A program made the translations under genes and the position numbers. Under the pieces are notes generated by a model that saw nothing but the letters and a program-made list of their open reading frames with translations, had not been told where the DNA came from and searched no databases. From a virus (taxonomy: Duplodnaviria; Caudoviricetes), in IMG/VR virus record IMGVR_UViG_3300012041_000025, positions 1-53,180 of that record: 53,180 nucleotides of DNA. One strand, written 5' to 3'. Below, one piece after another: positions 26,606 through 36,500 of the stretch (positions within the stretch are counted from its first letter, which is position 1; each line of letters starts with the position of its first letter).

Positions 26606-26922
26606 ATTTTTGCATTTAACTGTCCGGCATTGAATTTTTTGACCGTGTTTTTTAAAAGAACTGTTGCGCCTTTTTTAACGATGACCGGTGTCCCTGGCGC
26701 AATCGGATCCATCGGTAGTGGCAGGTATATAATACCATCGTAATTAATTCGTGTTCCATCAGCAGCTTGTACCGTACCATTCCCACTGTTCGGTTCATAC
26801 CTACCGGATTTGTTGACCGTGGTGGCAGATCCGGGAATCCAATTACCCGATCCATCTTTACTAGCCGCCGCCGTAGTGGTCAGGCTAATCGTATGCGGGT
26901 ATTGCGTTATCATAGCTACCAA
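26596..26922 (-). CDS. Head closure protein
   Basis: Size and position; KDGSGNWIPG. Confidence 0.65.
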   Translation of the reverse strand: MVAMITQYPHTISLTTTAAASKDGSGNWIPGSATTVNKSGRYEPNSGNGTVQAADGTRINYDGIIYLPLPMDPIAPGTPVIVKKGATVLLKNTVKKFNAGQLNAKIWL

Positions 26923-27239
26923 ACCGATGGGCTTTTAATCGTTGGTGTGGGCGTCGCGAGTGGATCGTCCAACCCCAGCGAAGCCGCCAACTGTTTTAAC
27001 CGCTCCCTGACCTTATCCAGGAAACCCGGATGCGACAGGCTATATCCACCCTCCACGATATCGGGTTGAGTTAAGATCATCACCAGTACATCCATGACCG
27101 TTTTGTCGACATCTGTTTTATGAGTTACTGCCGAATAGGTAGTAGCTCCTGTCAGTGACCGGTCCAGTAACGCTACATCGAGTGTGGCATCACTAACCGG
27201 GCACATTACTTTGGCGGCCAGGGCTTCTTTTATTGTCAT
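26916..27239 (-). CDS. Head-tail connector (adaptor)
   Basis: Follows the capsid gene; EGGYSLS motif. Confidence 0.7.
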   Translation of the reverse strand: MTIKEALAAKVMCPVSDATLDVALLDRSLTGATTYSAVTHKTDVDKTVMDVLVMILTQPDIVEGGYSLSHPGFLDKVRERLKQLAASLGLDDPLATPTPTIKSPSVW

Positions 27240-27254
27240 AATTGAAAAGAACTT

Positions 27255-28346
27255 TTAAGAGAATGCCAGCGTCGTACTCAACAGGTAGATCCTGTCGATC
27301 GCTTCCAGGGCCGGGAAAGCATTGATCTCACCTTTCGTCCACTCACCAAAGGGATCGTTCTCGCTCCATTTGCTCAGCAATACCCTTTGGAACGAACCAT
27401 ATTTCACCTGGTCAACCGGGCGGATCTGTTCGATTAAAATACAGTTCTTGATCGTTCCCAACTGACCATCAGGAATGAAGGCCACGTTGGCATCTGCCCA
27501 CGGCTTGATGGTCGTGATCACCCCATCTTTTTCAATCCCGATCGTTTCATCTACGATTTCAATGATGGGATATTTATTGGCCGCCAGCAAAGTGTTGATA
27601 CTATCCAGGGTCACCAGGATATTACCAGCTTGCTTAAAGCCGAGATAGTTGCTCAACAGGGTTTTCACCTCGGTGATCAACTGGAATTGCATGAATTTGG
27701 TGCGGCTCATCAGCATTTTACTGAACGTGATGCCACGGGCCTGGCCAGCTGAAACGATACCAGGAATATCTACCGTAATGGGATTGGCGGCTATGTTGGA
27801 CCAGGCGGTGCCAGCATTTACCTTATTGCCGGATGGCATCAGCAGGTCGATATCGTCAGCTACCACGCCATCAGGGTTATTGGTGGTGTTGATGGTGATC
27901 TTACCAGTGGAAAGACCTTCCAAACACATAAAGTCAATCCGTTTCATCGGTGCGTCGCCGCATTTCTTCATATCGTCGAACATCAGGTCCAGCAGCTGCT
28001 GTTTCTTGGTGGCTTCATCGACGCCAGTGATTGCCTGCAGCGCCATGAAGTCATAGTAGTCACTGGCGGTCATCTTGAATTTTTCGCTGATGGCAGGAAT
28101 CTCACCACTGAGTTTTTCCAACCCGATACGCGCACGCAATGGCGCGGGACCATCACGATCGACGACAGAAGCGGCTGCTTCCACGCGGCTCTTACCGATC
28201 ACACTCACATAGGTGAGGGTGGTTTGGGTGATACCCCAGCGAAAATATTTCTGGAACCAGGTGGGGGCAAACCGGTCCAGGCTGTTGTCTATGACTACCT
28301 GTAAACGGTCGGCATAGGTTCCGAAGATGGATTTTACCTTGCTCAT
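27255..28346 (-). CDS. Major capsid protein (lambda gpE-like family)
   Basis: 363 aa; follows scaffold and decoration genes. Confidence 0.88.
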   Translation of the reverse strand: MSKVKSIFGTYADRLQVVIDNSLDRFAPTWFQKYFRWGITQTTLTYVSVIGKSRVEAAASVVDRDGPAPLRARIGLEKLSGEIPAISEKFKMTASDYYDFMALQAITGVDEATKKQQLLDLMFDDMKKCGDAPMKRIDFMCLEGLSTGKITINTTNNPDGVVADDIDLLMPSGNKVNAGTAWSNIAANPITVDIPGIVSAGQARGITFSKMLMSRTKFMQFQLITEVKTLLSNYLGFKQAGNILVTLDSINTLLAANKYPIIEIVDETIGIEKDGVITTIKPWADANVAFIPDGQLGTIKNCILIEQIRPVDQVKYGSFQRVLLSKWSENDPFGEWTKGEINAFPALEAIDRIYLLSTTLAFS

Positions 28347-28368
28347 AATTTAGTCCTCCTGGTTTTAT

Positions 28369-28971
28369 TTAATAAGATTGTGAATAGATGATGTGAGGCA
28401 ATAGCAACTTGATGGCTGCTGTAGCTTGTGGAACGCGGCGGGCATACACCGTTCCGCGGATGACGATCGAACAGGTTGCCTGGTCCTGTCCGGCTACCAC
28501 TTCGGTATCTTCGAACAACAAGCCATCGGCTGATTGCGCATACACGGCAGCGGCAGCGCCGGCAGCAGATGATTCAAACAGGACATCGCCGGCAGTGAGT
28601 GCCACAGCGAGTGTGGTACCTACCGTGAATTCATCATACGCGGCGTTGCTGGTATTGATCGCGGTGATAGCGTATGCCTTACCACCCACGACTGAAGCGA
28701 TGATGGTACCTACTTTAGCCAGGTGACCTTTCTTTACGCGGTAAGCAACGGCATCGTCTGCAGCATTGGCCTGCAGCTCGAAGGTCTGCACGATTCGGGC
28801 AATACGTGTCGCCTCATTATAGGCGACCGGCGTTCCCGCCTTGATCGTGTTGCCGGCACTGGTGTCGGTCAACAAGTTATCCAAGGTAAAACCGCCCTGC
28901 GCGTATTCTAATATTTTCTGATACACCGGAATGCCGCCATTGACGGTGGTCTTAACTGGTTGTAAGTACAT
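28369..28971 (-). CDS. Head decoration protein
   Basis: GGFTLD..IKAGTPV..GLLFED..GTVYARR. Confidence 0.7.
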   Translation of the reverse strand: MYLQPVKTTVNGGIPVYQKILEYAQGGFTLDNLLTDTSAGNTIKAGTPVAYNEATRIARIVQTFELQANAADDAVAYRVKKGHLAKVGTIIASVVGGKAYAITAINTSNAAYDEFTVGTTLAVALTAGDVLFESSAAGAAAAVYAQSADGLLFEDTEVVAGQDQATCSIVIRGTVYARRVPQATAAIKLLLPHIIYSQSY

Positions 28972-28982
28972 GATAAAAAATT

Positions 28983-29639
28983 TTATTTTTTAGTAGAAGT
29001 ATCTGTGACTGGCTTACTCTTTTCCGCCCATTCCTTGATCTCTGCATCGATCGCCTTTTCAGCGGCCGGCGTTATTTTAGCGCCATCTCCTGATCCGCCA
29101 CCGGCGGGTGGTGTAGCGACCATCAACCCTGCATCAATCTGTTCCTGTTTGAACGCGGTGTAATCCGTTTTGACCTCATCAACAAATACCTGCAGCTCGT
29201 CTTCTTTTTCCGGTAACGCTCTTTTGCCCCAGTAACTGGCCGGTACTTCTTTAAGCAATTCCGTAGCCTTGCTCTTCATGGTACCCTGCACTTTTTCCTT
29301 GGTCAAGGTGTTGATTTGATCATGCAACACTTTTGCCCAGGCTGGCATTTCATCGCCGGTTGGTTTGGGTGGGTCGTCCTGTTTTGGGGGATCACTTGGC
29401 TTGGGTGGGTTTTTCTTCTCCCACTCTTTTTTAGCTTCCCCAACCCTGCGGTCGGCTTCCCGTTGTAAGTCTGCTGCGAATTCTGTAATGGGTATGGCGT
29501 TATCGAAATCAGTAATGGCCTGGTCGATCCCGCTTTCTTCTGTTACTTTCTTGCTGAGCTTATCAGCAATCAGTCCCAGTGCTGTCTTTGACACCCCTGC
29601 ATATTTAGTTATGAGTTGTGCCAGGATTTTTTCACGCAT
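28983..29639 (-). CDS. Capsid scaffolding protein
   Basis: Charged helical protein with Pro-rich linker and MPAWAK motif. Confidence 0.75.
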   Translation of the reverse strand: MREKILAQLITKYAGVSKTALGLIADKLSKKVTEESGIDQAITDFDNAIPITEFAADLQREADRRVGEAKKEWEKKNPPKPSDPPKQDDPPKPTGDEMPAWAKVLHDQINTLTKEKVQGTMKSKATELLKEVPASYWGKRALPEKEDELQVFVDEVKTDYTAFKQEQIDAGLMVATPPAGGGSGDGAKITPAAEKAIDAEIKEWAEKSKPVTDTSTKK

Positions 29640-29718
29640 AAGAGTAAAGAACTTTTAATGGATGTGAAAGTATAAGAGGCGTTTTTAAAATTCCTGGTGA
29701 GATAGCAAACCTGCGTAA

Positions 29719-30114
29719 ATGTTTGTAAAATTGCAGATGCAGGGAGTGTCGATGCATAGCTTATGGGATGATCCGCTGGCGGGCTGCTGGCCTTTGGTAC
29801 AAGAAACAGCAAACGGTACCAATTTGCTTCGGTCCCTGCTGTTGAGGCTTAGAATCTATTATACAGGAGACACTGCCACCGCAATTGGTGACCAGATCAT
29901 TAATGAATCTCTTGTCGTTACCATCAACCGGTGGGAATACATGATCAATGAATGCCTGCATGAGCTTCGGGTGCCTGCAAAGGGATATTCACCAGCCTAT
30001 GAGGTTGAAGTGCTCAATAAGTGGATTGCTGATCTGATGAGCAGGCATGATCAGGACCTGGTATTGGAGTGGGTATCGATGGTAAAGCGGAACCGAGAAC
30101 ATCGGAAACGCTAA
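29719..30114 (+). CDS. Hypothetical protein, antisense to the head operon (start may be 29737)
   Basis: Fills the gap between scaffold and MuF; helical sequence. Confidence 0.6.
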   Translation: MFVKLQMQGVSMHSLWDDPLAGCWPLVQETANGTNLLRSLLLRLRIYYTGDTATAIGDQIINESLVVTINRWEYMINECLHELRVPAKGYSPAYEVEVLNKWIADLMSRHDQDLVLEWVSMVKRNREHRKR

Positions 30115-30165
30115 AGTTTCGCAAATGGCTATAAATATCCCGAGAAATGATTATACTTTTGTAAT

Positions 30166-30348
30166 ATGATATCAGGAGAAAAAAACCCATTCGCAAACCC
30201 TGACGGATCACCTCAAAAAGGCAAAGAATTTGAATACCTTGATTGGTCAATACAAAGGGATAAAGAACGTATATCTAAACTATCAACCGAGGGAAAAAAA
30301 AGGGAAATCAAAGCCAGTAATCATTTGAAAGACAAAATGGAATCTTAG
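30166..30348 (+). CDS. 60-aa protein convergent with MuF-ART (candidate immunity protein)
   Basis: TACTTTTG -7 box at 30154-30161; its stop overlaps the ART stop. Confidence 0.55.
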   Translation: MISGEKNPFANPDGSPQKGKEFEYLDWSIQRDKERISKLSTEGKKREIKASNHLKDKMES

Positions 30349-32102
30349 ATTTCCGTTAACCTAATTAATGTCCTCTTGCTTTTTTTGTCAGTCCACTTAT
30401 CTGTAACTATTTCTTGTCTTACCTCTGTTACTTTAAATTTTGAACCAGCTTTAAACACTACTTCCGCTTCGTTCGCACCTCCTTCTGAGCCGAATTCCAT
30501 TATTTCTTCTACACTTTTGCCGGATTTTGATTCAATGACAAAAAAAGTATCACCTTCCATTGCTGTACCAGTATATTTTGATGTTGACATGAAAGCTTTT
30601 TCTGTAAGTATGGAGCCTTTTTTAAAGGCCTCCCGATACTCATCGATTACAGTCTTGCTAAAATCACCACCTCTATATACGGTACCTTCAAAAGATGGCA
30701 TTTTGTCCAAGGCATCGTTCAGCAGTTTTGCAAAATTTTCCTCATATGGCATAGGGCCAAAATAATCAGGATTTCGCAAGAAACTATTTACATTTCTGTA
30801 ACTAGTGTTACCGTACATATCAATAGCAACAATTTCTTCTCGCTTCATATTCGGAAACTTTTCCATTAGCTGATTTACCTTACTATTGGTCTCCTTCATA
30901 TTGAATCCGAATGTCTGATATTGATCATTCACCAATAAGTCAAGATCATAGCCTTTATTTGGCGGCAACGGGTTTACTACTGGCTGTGGTGGTACTATCG
31001 GTCGCGGTTTAGGACTTGGCGCCGGTGCCGGAGTAGGTGATGGTTTGGGCGATGGTGTCTTTAACGTCACATACTGCGGATTGTCACGCATCCAATATGG
31101 TGGATTCTTCAATCTTGCTAATGCGCCTTTATTATCCTGCAGGTATTTGCCAAATGCCCCCGGTGGTTGCTGTGTGTATTGGGACGCCGGTACACTGATC
31201 GGCTGGCCAGCGAGTAGGTGGTCCTCGATTTTGTCATATTCCGCATCACTCATTTGTTCCGGCGTAGCGAAGCAGATACACTGCGGGTGCCAACCACTCC
31301 ATTGAAAGTCTTTGGGGTATAGACCCACCAGGTTATCACAGATATCATACCTGGGATGCGCATTGGAAAGTTTGATCCGGATCCCGGTGACAAAGGGTAA
31401 TTTATTCCACCGTTCATGGTCAGCATTGCGATAAGCGCCATTGGTTTCAGTCCGTGCAACACGCAACGCATTTTTATAGCTACTGCGATAAACACCCTGG
31501 CCAGGATGATAGTCACGAGCTGCCTTAGACAGGACCAGCTTGCCTTCCTCATCACGAACCCGGCGAAATAGCTTATCCGGCTCCACCAGGTACTTTTTCA
31601 AATCGCTGGCCATGGATGCCGCTGACTGTCCCTTGCTGATTCCAAAGCCGAGGCCTTGTTCCAACTCTTTTTTAAATGGATCCAACAGGTTCCATACGCG
31701 GTCGCTTAATCCAAGGCCTTTTTCCTGGCGCTGCAGATAATTGGTTAGTGCTTTGCTGTTAGGATCATACAACACCTGCCTGACTTTAGGATTGAGTCTC
31801 TTTCCCGCCAGTCTTTTATCGACAAACACATCATTTTTTTTATTGCTCAGGTCCCAGGAGTCTTTAATGCCATTGATCACCGTCGTATTGATCTGGGCCT
31901 GCATCTTTTTAATCAACTTTTCCACCTTCTCATTGAGTTGGGGATAGTCGGCGAGATTAAATAGCTTTCCCTTGTAGCGGATGGAGCTGATACCAACAGT
32001 CACCGTTTGTATTCCATCCTGGTAAATCTTCAGGATACGCCGGTTGATAGCTACCTGGTTACGGAGGAGCTGCTGATCATATGGATTCAGGGGATTGGGC
32101 AA
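30345..32102 (-). CDS. MuF (SPP1 gp7-like) head protein fused to a C-terminal ADP-ribosyltransferase
   Basis: RVARTE..CD.L.G..WHPQCIC MuF motifs; Pro linker; YRG, FMSTS, EAEVVF R-S-E motifs. Confidence 0.9.
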   Translation of the reverse strand: MPNPLNPYDQQLLRNQVAINRRILKIYQDGIQTVTVGISSIRYKGKLFNLADYPQLNEKVEKLIKKMQAQINTTVINGIKDSWDLSNKKNDVFVDKRLAGKRLNPKVRQVLYDPNSKALTNYLQRQEKGLGLSDRVWNLLDPFKKELEQGLGFGISKGQSAASMASDLKKYLVEPDKLFRRVRDEEGKLVLSKAARDYHPGQGVYRSSYKNALRVARTETNGAYRNADHERWNKLPFVTGIRIKLSNAHPRYDICDNLVGLYPKDFQWSGWHPQCICFATPEQMSDAEYDKIEDHLLAGQPISVPASQYTQQPPGAFGKYLQDNKGALARLKNPPYWMRDNPQYVTLKTPSPKPSPTPAPAPSPKPRPIVPPQPVVNPLPPNKGYDLDLLVNDQYQTFGFNMKETNSKVNQLMEKFPNMKREEIVAIDMYGNTSYRNVNSFLRNPDYFGPMPYEENFAKLLNDALDKMPSFEGTVYRGGDFSKTVIDEYREAFKKGSILTEKAFMSTSKYTGTAMEGDTFFVIESKSGKSVEEIMEFGSEGGANEAEVVFKAGSKFKVTEVRQEIVTDKWTDKKSKRTLIRLTEI

Positions 32103-32322
32103 TGGCTTTTGGTTTCAACATTAGTTTGAAATAGCACACTGTCTTGCGTACAATTCGCTCCTGCTTCCAGCGGGGGTTGCGGGCCTGCATTCCGATCGCA
32201 TAGGTCAGAATCGTTTCCAGTTTCTCATCAGGGATATTATACGGCTCCAGCAACGCACCAATGCGCTCACCTTGCTGTTGAAATATCTGCCGGCCTTTCT
32301 GTTCGATCGTCTGGGGAAGCAT
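32077..32322 (-). CDS. Hypothetical protein (81 aa)
   Basis: Co-directional ORF between portal and MuF. Confidence 0.6.
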   Translation of the reverse strand: MLPQTIEQKGRQIFQQQGERIGALLEPYNIPDEKLETILTYAIGMQARNPRWKQERIVRKTVCYFKLMLKPKAIAQSPESI

Positions 32323-32334
32323 AACGGTTTTATT

Positions 32335-33720
32335 TTATGGTAATTCAAGGGGTAATGCGGCGCCTTCATCCTCGATGCGCTGCATTTCCTGTTCGGCATT
32401 GTTGACCAACGGATTTAAACTGACGGCTGTCTCCGTACTCATGATGGCTTTGCCACCACCGGTGGCACTGACCAACATATCGACCATTTCTCCTTCGTTC
32501 TTCGGTAGGAAGTATTCGAATTTGGGTGATATCTCCATTGCAGTAGCTTTCTCCAGACTTATGTTAATGGTAGCCATCGCCGCTTTAATAAAATTGATGC
32601 GGCGCTGTATCGTTTTGCCAAAGGTTTCTTCTTTGTCGGCCGCTTTGAGGTGTGGCGCCAGGAATAACATCTTTAAAGCAATGCCGGAGAATGTTCCCAA
32701 CCCTTTCATGGTTTCGATGCTGATATCAGGTGTATCCGTCATGTCATAAATCAGCGATCGCAGGTTATTAAACTCCAATTCCATGCTTTTGGGACTCTGG
32801 TCCCAGCTCATGTACTCCGCCGTGGCACCATCCTTCAGCTTGATCACTTTACCACTCTCCCCTTTACTGGCAAACCCTTCAATTTCACCGTTGACTTTCA
32901 CCATCGGACTGCAGAAATAATCGTTGGTATCGGAGTGATTGCTGAGGGTTAGCTCAAAGCGTTCCACTAAAGTTTGCACATCGGCCCACTCGGGTTTGGG
33001 TTGGTAGTAATACATCACGGGTATCTTGCCGATCATATTCGTTTCAGTGATGACATCCCAACTGGCGACGTTCTTCACGGCTTTGTAAGTAGTGGCTTCT
33101 GTATAGATATCAAAATGCTCTTCCGTCTTATTATCGACTTTCAACGTATAGCCCCGGGCAAACGCGATCATGTCACCGCTGTTGTTGAAAACTGGATACA
33201 GGCTATCGCCGAGTGAATTGGCTAATATTTTCATCCGCAAGCGAAATCGCTTGCCGGCATTGGGCGTATTATTCCAGTAGACAGTATCCGCTTCTTCCGT
33301 ATACCACACTTCTGCCACTTCGGTTTCACTCATCATCATTTTTGCCAGCCCTTTGCTTTCATAATTGAGCTTATTGCTGTCCCAGGTCTTTTGGATCACC
33401 GCCAGCAGATCCTTTTGTTGTTGGTCGGCCGGTGTCGCTGATAGCTTTATGGGATTGCCACATAGGAAGGCTGCCGCTAGTGCAACGATCTTTTTCTGCA
33501 GCGGCAGTGCTAGCCTGGTCACGGGTACCAACCTGGTTCCGGCTTCATCGGTCGTGATTGTTTTATCCGGACGCAGCCCTTTGTCCATGATGGCATGGTC
33601 CACTGGTTGGTATTGTTTCAGGAAATCATTGACTGCGGTGGCATTGGTTTTCGAAGCCTGGATCTTCTGCCGAAGCTTGTCAAAATCGGGCAGGTAGCTT
33701 TGTAAATCGGTTAATTCCAT
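32335..33720 (-). CDS. Portal protein, SPP1 gp6-like
   Basis: GKIPV, TPDIS..SGIALK, LPKN, S.ETAV motifs. Confidence 0.92.
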   Translation of the reverse strand: MELTDLQSYLPDFDKLRQKIQASKTNATAVNDFLKQYQPVDHAIMDKGLRPDKTITTDEAGTRLVPVTRLALPLQKKIVALAAAFLCGNPIKLSATPADQQQKDLLAVIQKTWDSNKLNYESKGLAKMMMSETEVAEVWYTEEADTVYWNNTPNAGKRFRLRMKILANSLGDSLYPVFNNSGDMIAFARGYTLKVDNKTEEHFDIYTEATTYKAVKNVASWDVITETNMIGKIPVMYYYQPKPEWADVQTLVERFELTLSNHSDTNDYFCSPMVKVNGEIEGFASKGESGKVIKLKDGATAEYMSWDQSPKSMELEFNNLRSLIYDMTDTPDISIETMKGLGTFSGIALKMLFLAPHLKAADKEETFGKTIQRRINFIKAAMATINISLEKATAMEISPKFEYFLPKNEGEMVDMLVSATGGGKAIMSTETAVSLNPLVNNAEQEMQRIEDEGAALPLELP

Positions 33721-33759
33721 TTGTCCTGGTTTTGGCTAAGTTGGATAGCAATTATTTTA

Positions 33760-33772
33760 CTAAGGTATTTAG
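33760..33772. promoter_or_regulatory. Palindromic operator CTAA-N5-TTAG upstream of the portal gene
   Basis: CTAAGGTATTTAG; near copies at 1335, 12613 and 36993. Confidence 0.4.
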
Positions 33773-33791
33773 TTTCATGTGAAATCAACAC

Positions 33792-35399
33792 TCAATGAAA
33801 AAACTGCCCAATGTTGGATTTCTTTTTTTTGCTGATTAGGATATCCGATATCGGCCAGAATGTATTGGCCAACGCATCTGACTTATCCGGGCTCCGCTTT
33901 AATCGTTTCTTCAGATCTTCCTTCGCCTCGATCTGGATCTTGCCGTCACTGCGAAACTTCCATTGTGTTTCACTCAGTTCCTGGAAGAGCTGATCATCCA
34001 CCGGCAGCTTCGCGTTGCTTTCCTTATTTGGATCCAACCAATCACGCACTGCCCAGTAGGCCCAGGCCCGCATGTTTAAGAACTCAAACACATTGGTACT
34101 ATCCTTTAAAGAATTGCCGGCTCCATCGGTAGCCGCCTCACTGAACTTGCAGCTGTGCGCTTTATCCTTTAACCAGGCGTTCGGTTTATGGCCGTTCTTA
34201 TCCAGTTCATCCACCAATTCTACTAATCGGCTGTAGGATCCTGCGCCCTCACCAATGGTGTCGATGAACGCCTGCGCATAGGTACCATTGAAAGTATCGG
34301 TATGCTTTTTTAGTATGGCCAGGGTATTGCCGGTCACCTCCATATGGTTGGCGGTCCCACCACCCTGCATACTGGTGAACTTCTCGACATAATCACCGAA
34401 ACGAAAACAGAAGCAACTGGAATCTCTGCCCATGCCGGCAACATCGACACCGAGGCGCAGCGGTTTATTAATTTTCCATCCCTGCTCCTGCTGTAGCTTC
34501 CATCGTTCATTGGCCAGGGTGATCCATTCGGGTGGAACCAAGACGCCTTCTGAAACTTTGGGAAACAGCCCAAGGATCTTCGCCCGGAACAGGTCATTCG
34601 GTCGGTACCACAACCCCTCAAATTCAAAGTCTCCTTCCTCGGCGCGATATTCTGATTTTGGTATGATAGCACACCAGTTTTCCAGTCGACCTTTCAACCA
34701 TTCATAGTCCACCTGCCCAGGGTGAATGATCTTTTTAGCAACGACATTGGGAGCGTGTAATGAATTCAGCCGGATCTTCTTAAAGTCAGGTGACTTAAAA
34801 GCAGATGCCGCATAGCCATGGTTAATGTTAGGGTTGAACACCAGCACCAGGCGGCTATTACCCTGCAGGTTTCCCTCGATCGCATCAAATACTTTTTGTG
34901 GAAGACCGGTGGCTTCCGTGACACCAAAGAATACGTTGGCAGCATGGAAACCGGTCCATGCTTCCGTGTTAGTGTCATCGGCTTTGAAACCGGTGAGGAA
35001 CCACTCTTCGTATTCTTCAAAACGGATATCATTGCCGGACAAATAGCCAGGCAGATAAGGTGACTGGTTGAATATACGGGCGATCTCCGGTCGCATGATA
35101 TCCTTGACCTGTCTTCCGGTTGGGGCTGTCAGTGCAACTTTGGTATTGCCGATCAGCTTACCATTCTCGTCGAATTCTGGTGTTAAGTAGAGAAAACAAA
35201 CGGCTGCAACGGCCATCAGGTAATCCTTGCCGCGGCTGGTTCCGGATGCGATCGCCGTTTTGGCATTGTGTCGTATAGTATACAATGCTTCATCCTGTTC
35301 TTCATCCAGGTTCACGCCAAGGTAGTCCCGTGCGAACATGTTCCATCCACGATCATGATGGATCCAGTTATCAAACATTTCAATGTACTCCGGTTCCAT
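33792..35399 (-). CDS. terL: Terminase large subunit
   Basis: SGTSRGKD Walker A; LGVDVA and DKSDALA nuclease motifs. Confidence 0.92.
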   Translation of the reverse strand: MEPEYIEMFDNWIHHDRGWNMFARDYLGVNLDEEQDEALYTIRHNAKTAIASGTSRGKDYLMAVAAVCFLYLTPEFDENGKLIGNTKVALTAPTGRQVKDIMRPEIARIFNQSPYLPGYLSGNDIRFEEYEEWFLTGFKADDTNTEAWTGFHAANVFFGVTEATGLPQKVFDAIEGNLQGNSRLVLVFNPNINHGYAASAFKSPDFKKIRLNSLHAPNVVAKKIIHPGQVDYEWLKGRLENWCAIIPKSEYRAEEGDFEFEGLWYRPNDLFRAKILGLFPKVSEGVLVPPEWITLANERWKLQQEQGWKINKPLRLGVDVAGMGRDSSCFCFRFGDYVEKFTSMQGGGTANHMEVTGNTLAILKKHTDTFNGTYAQAFIDTIGEGAGSYSRLVELVDELDKNGHKPNAWLKDKAHSCKFSEAATDGAGNSLKDSTNVFEFLNMRAWAYWAVRDWLDPNKESNAKLPVDDQLFQELSETQWKFRSDGKIQIEAKEDLKKRLKRSPDKSDALANTFWPISDILISKKKKSNIGQFFH

Positions 35400-35937
35400 C
35401 GGCTGGCGGTTGTTGTTTTTTTAATTGATGCACTTTCTTCATCGCTTCAATGAAACTATCGCCCAGCTCATGGCGAATCTTCTTTTCGGCAAAGGATCCT
35501 TTTCGTTTATAGAGCAGGTTAGCGGCGCCGATAACGGCAGTCTCATCGGGCTCCACCTCAACCGTCACGGTTTGGTGCTTCTTTGTATCCGGATTGAATA
35601 CCACAATCTTCTTATTCCGGCGCCGTATGCCAAGCGCTATCTGACTAAGGGTTGCGTCCAACTGTAACTCGCTGGCCACCTGCTCCCGGGCCACTCTTTC
35701 AATTTCTTTCAACTTGGCTTTCTTAATAGCCTCTTCTTTCTCCCGTTTCAGCTTATCAATGGCTTGCACGATAGTGTTGTCCTGTAGCAGCCTGTATGCA
35801 GAAATTCGGGCCGTCTCATCCTTCTTACACACCGGGTATGCTGACTTGTAAGCCCGGACCATTTCCGCAACTGTGTTCACCTCGATCATGGCCTGTATGA
35901 ACAATTGCCTCCTATGGTGAATGACGCCCTTAGTCAT
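35380..35937 (-). CDS. terS: Terminase small subunit
   Basis: AYKSAY..ARISAYRLL HTH-like N-terminus; overlaps terL. Confidence 0.8.
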   Translation of the reverse strand: MTKGVIHHRRQLFIQAMIEVNTVAEMVRAYKSAYPVCKKDETARISAYRLLQDNTIVQAIDKLKREKEEAIKKAKLKEIERVAREQVASELQLDATLSQIALGIRRRNKKIVVFNPDTKKHQTVTVEVEPDETAVIGAANLLYKRKGSFAEKKIRHELGDSFIEAMKKVHQLKKQQPPADGTGVH

Positions 35938-36500
35938 GGCTTACCTTTTATGGTGACAACAGCTCCCGGGTAATGTTTATCCAGGAAAACTTTCAGGTCC
36001 ATCTCGGCTGCCTGCAGGAAATCTTTGCTCGGAAATTCTATTTTGATGACTGCTGTGCTGCCGGTAGTAAATGAAACGCGACGGTCTTCTTCCGGAACCT
36101 TTAGTCCGTAGGCTGTTAGATTCACGATGTTGGCTTCCTCGCATAACGCTTCCGCCACTTGTGCATCTTCCAGATAGTTGTGAACCGAGACGGTATTATC
36201 CAGGATCTTGGCTTTGATGCCGCGTTCACTGTCAATATCGAGGTCCATCCGTTTGACCACGATGATCTCGTGTCCATCCGTTTCTACCTCCACCACTTTT
36301 TCGATGCCGAGCGCAGCAGCAGCCTCAAGTGTTTTGTTGCCGGCAATGAGGACACCGTTCTTATCTGCGAGCAGGGAACGTCCCATACCGGTTTCAGTGA
36401 TGGATCGGCCGAGCAGGGATTGTCCGAACTCGGATCCCAGGTTGATGTTGCGATCGTCGAAGTGGAGATTTTTGATATGACTTTTTTTAAGCGTCGCCAT
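35934..36500 (-). CDS. ParB-like N-terminal domain protein
   Basis: RSITETGMGRSLLADKNGVLIAGN..LDN. Confidence 0.75.
   Translation of the reverse strand: MATLKKSHIKNLHFDDRNINLGSEFGQSLLGRSITETGMGRSLLADKNGVLIAGNKTLEAAAALGIEKVVEVETDGHEIIVVKRMDLDIDSERGIKAKILDNTVSVHNYLEDAQVAEALCEEANIVNLTAYGLKVPEEDRRVSFTTGSTAVIKIEFPSKDFLQAAEMDLKVFLDKHYPGAVVTIKGKP

Noticed and set aside
30014-30250. Co-directional 78-aa ORF as the ART immunity gene
   Set aside because: Not coupled to the toxin stop and overlaps two better-supported plus-strand genes
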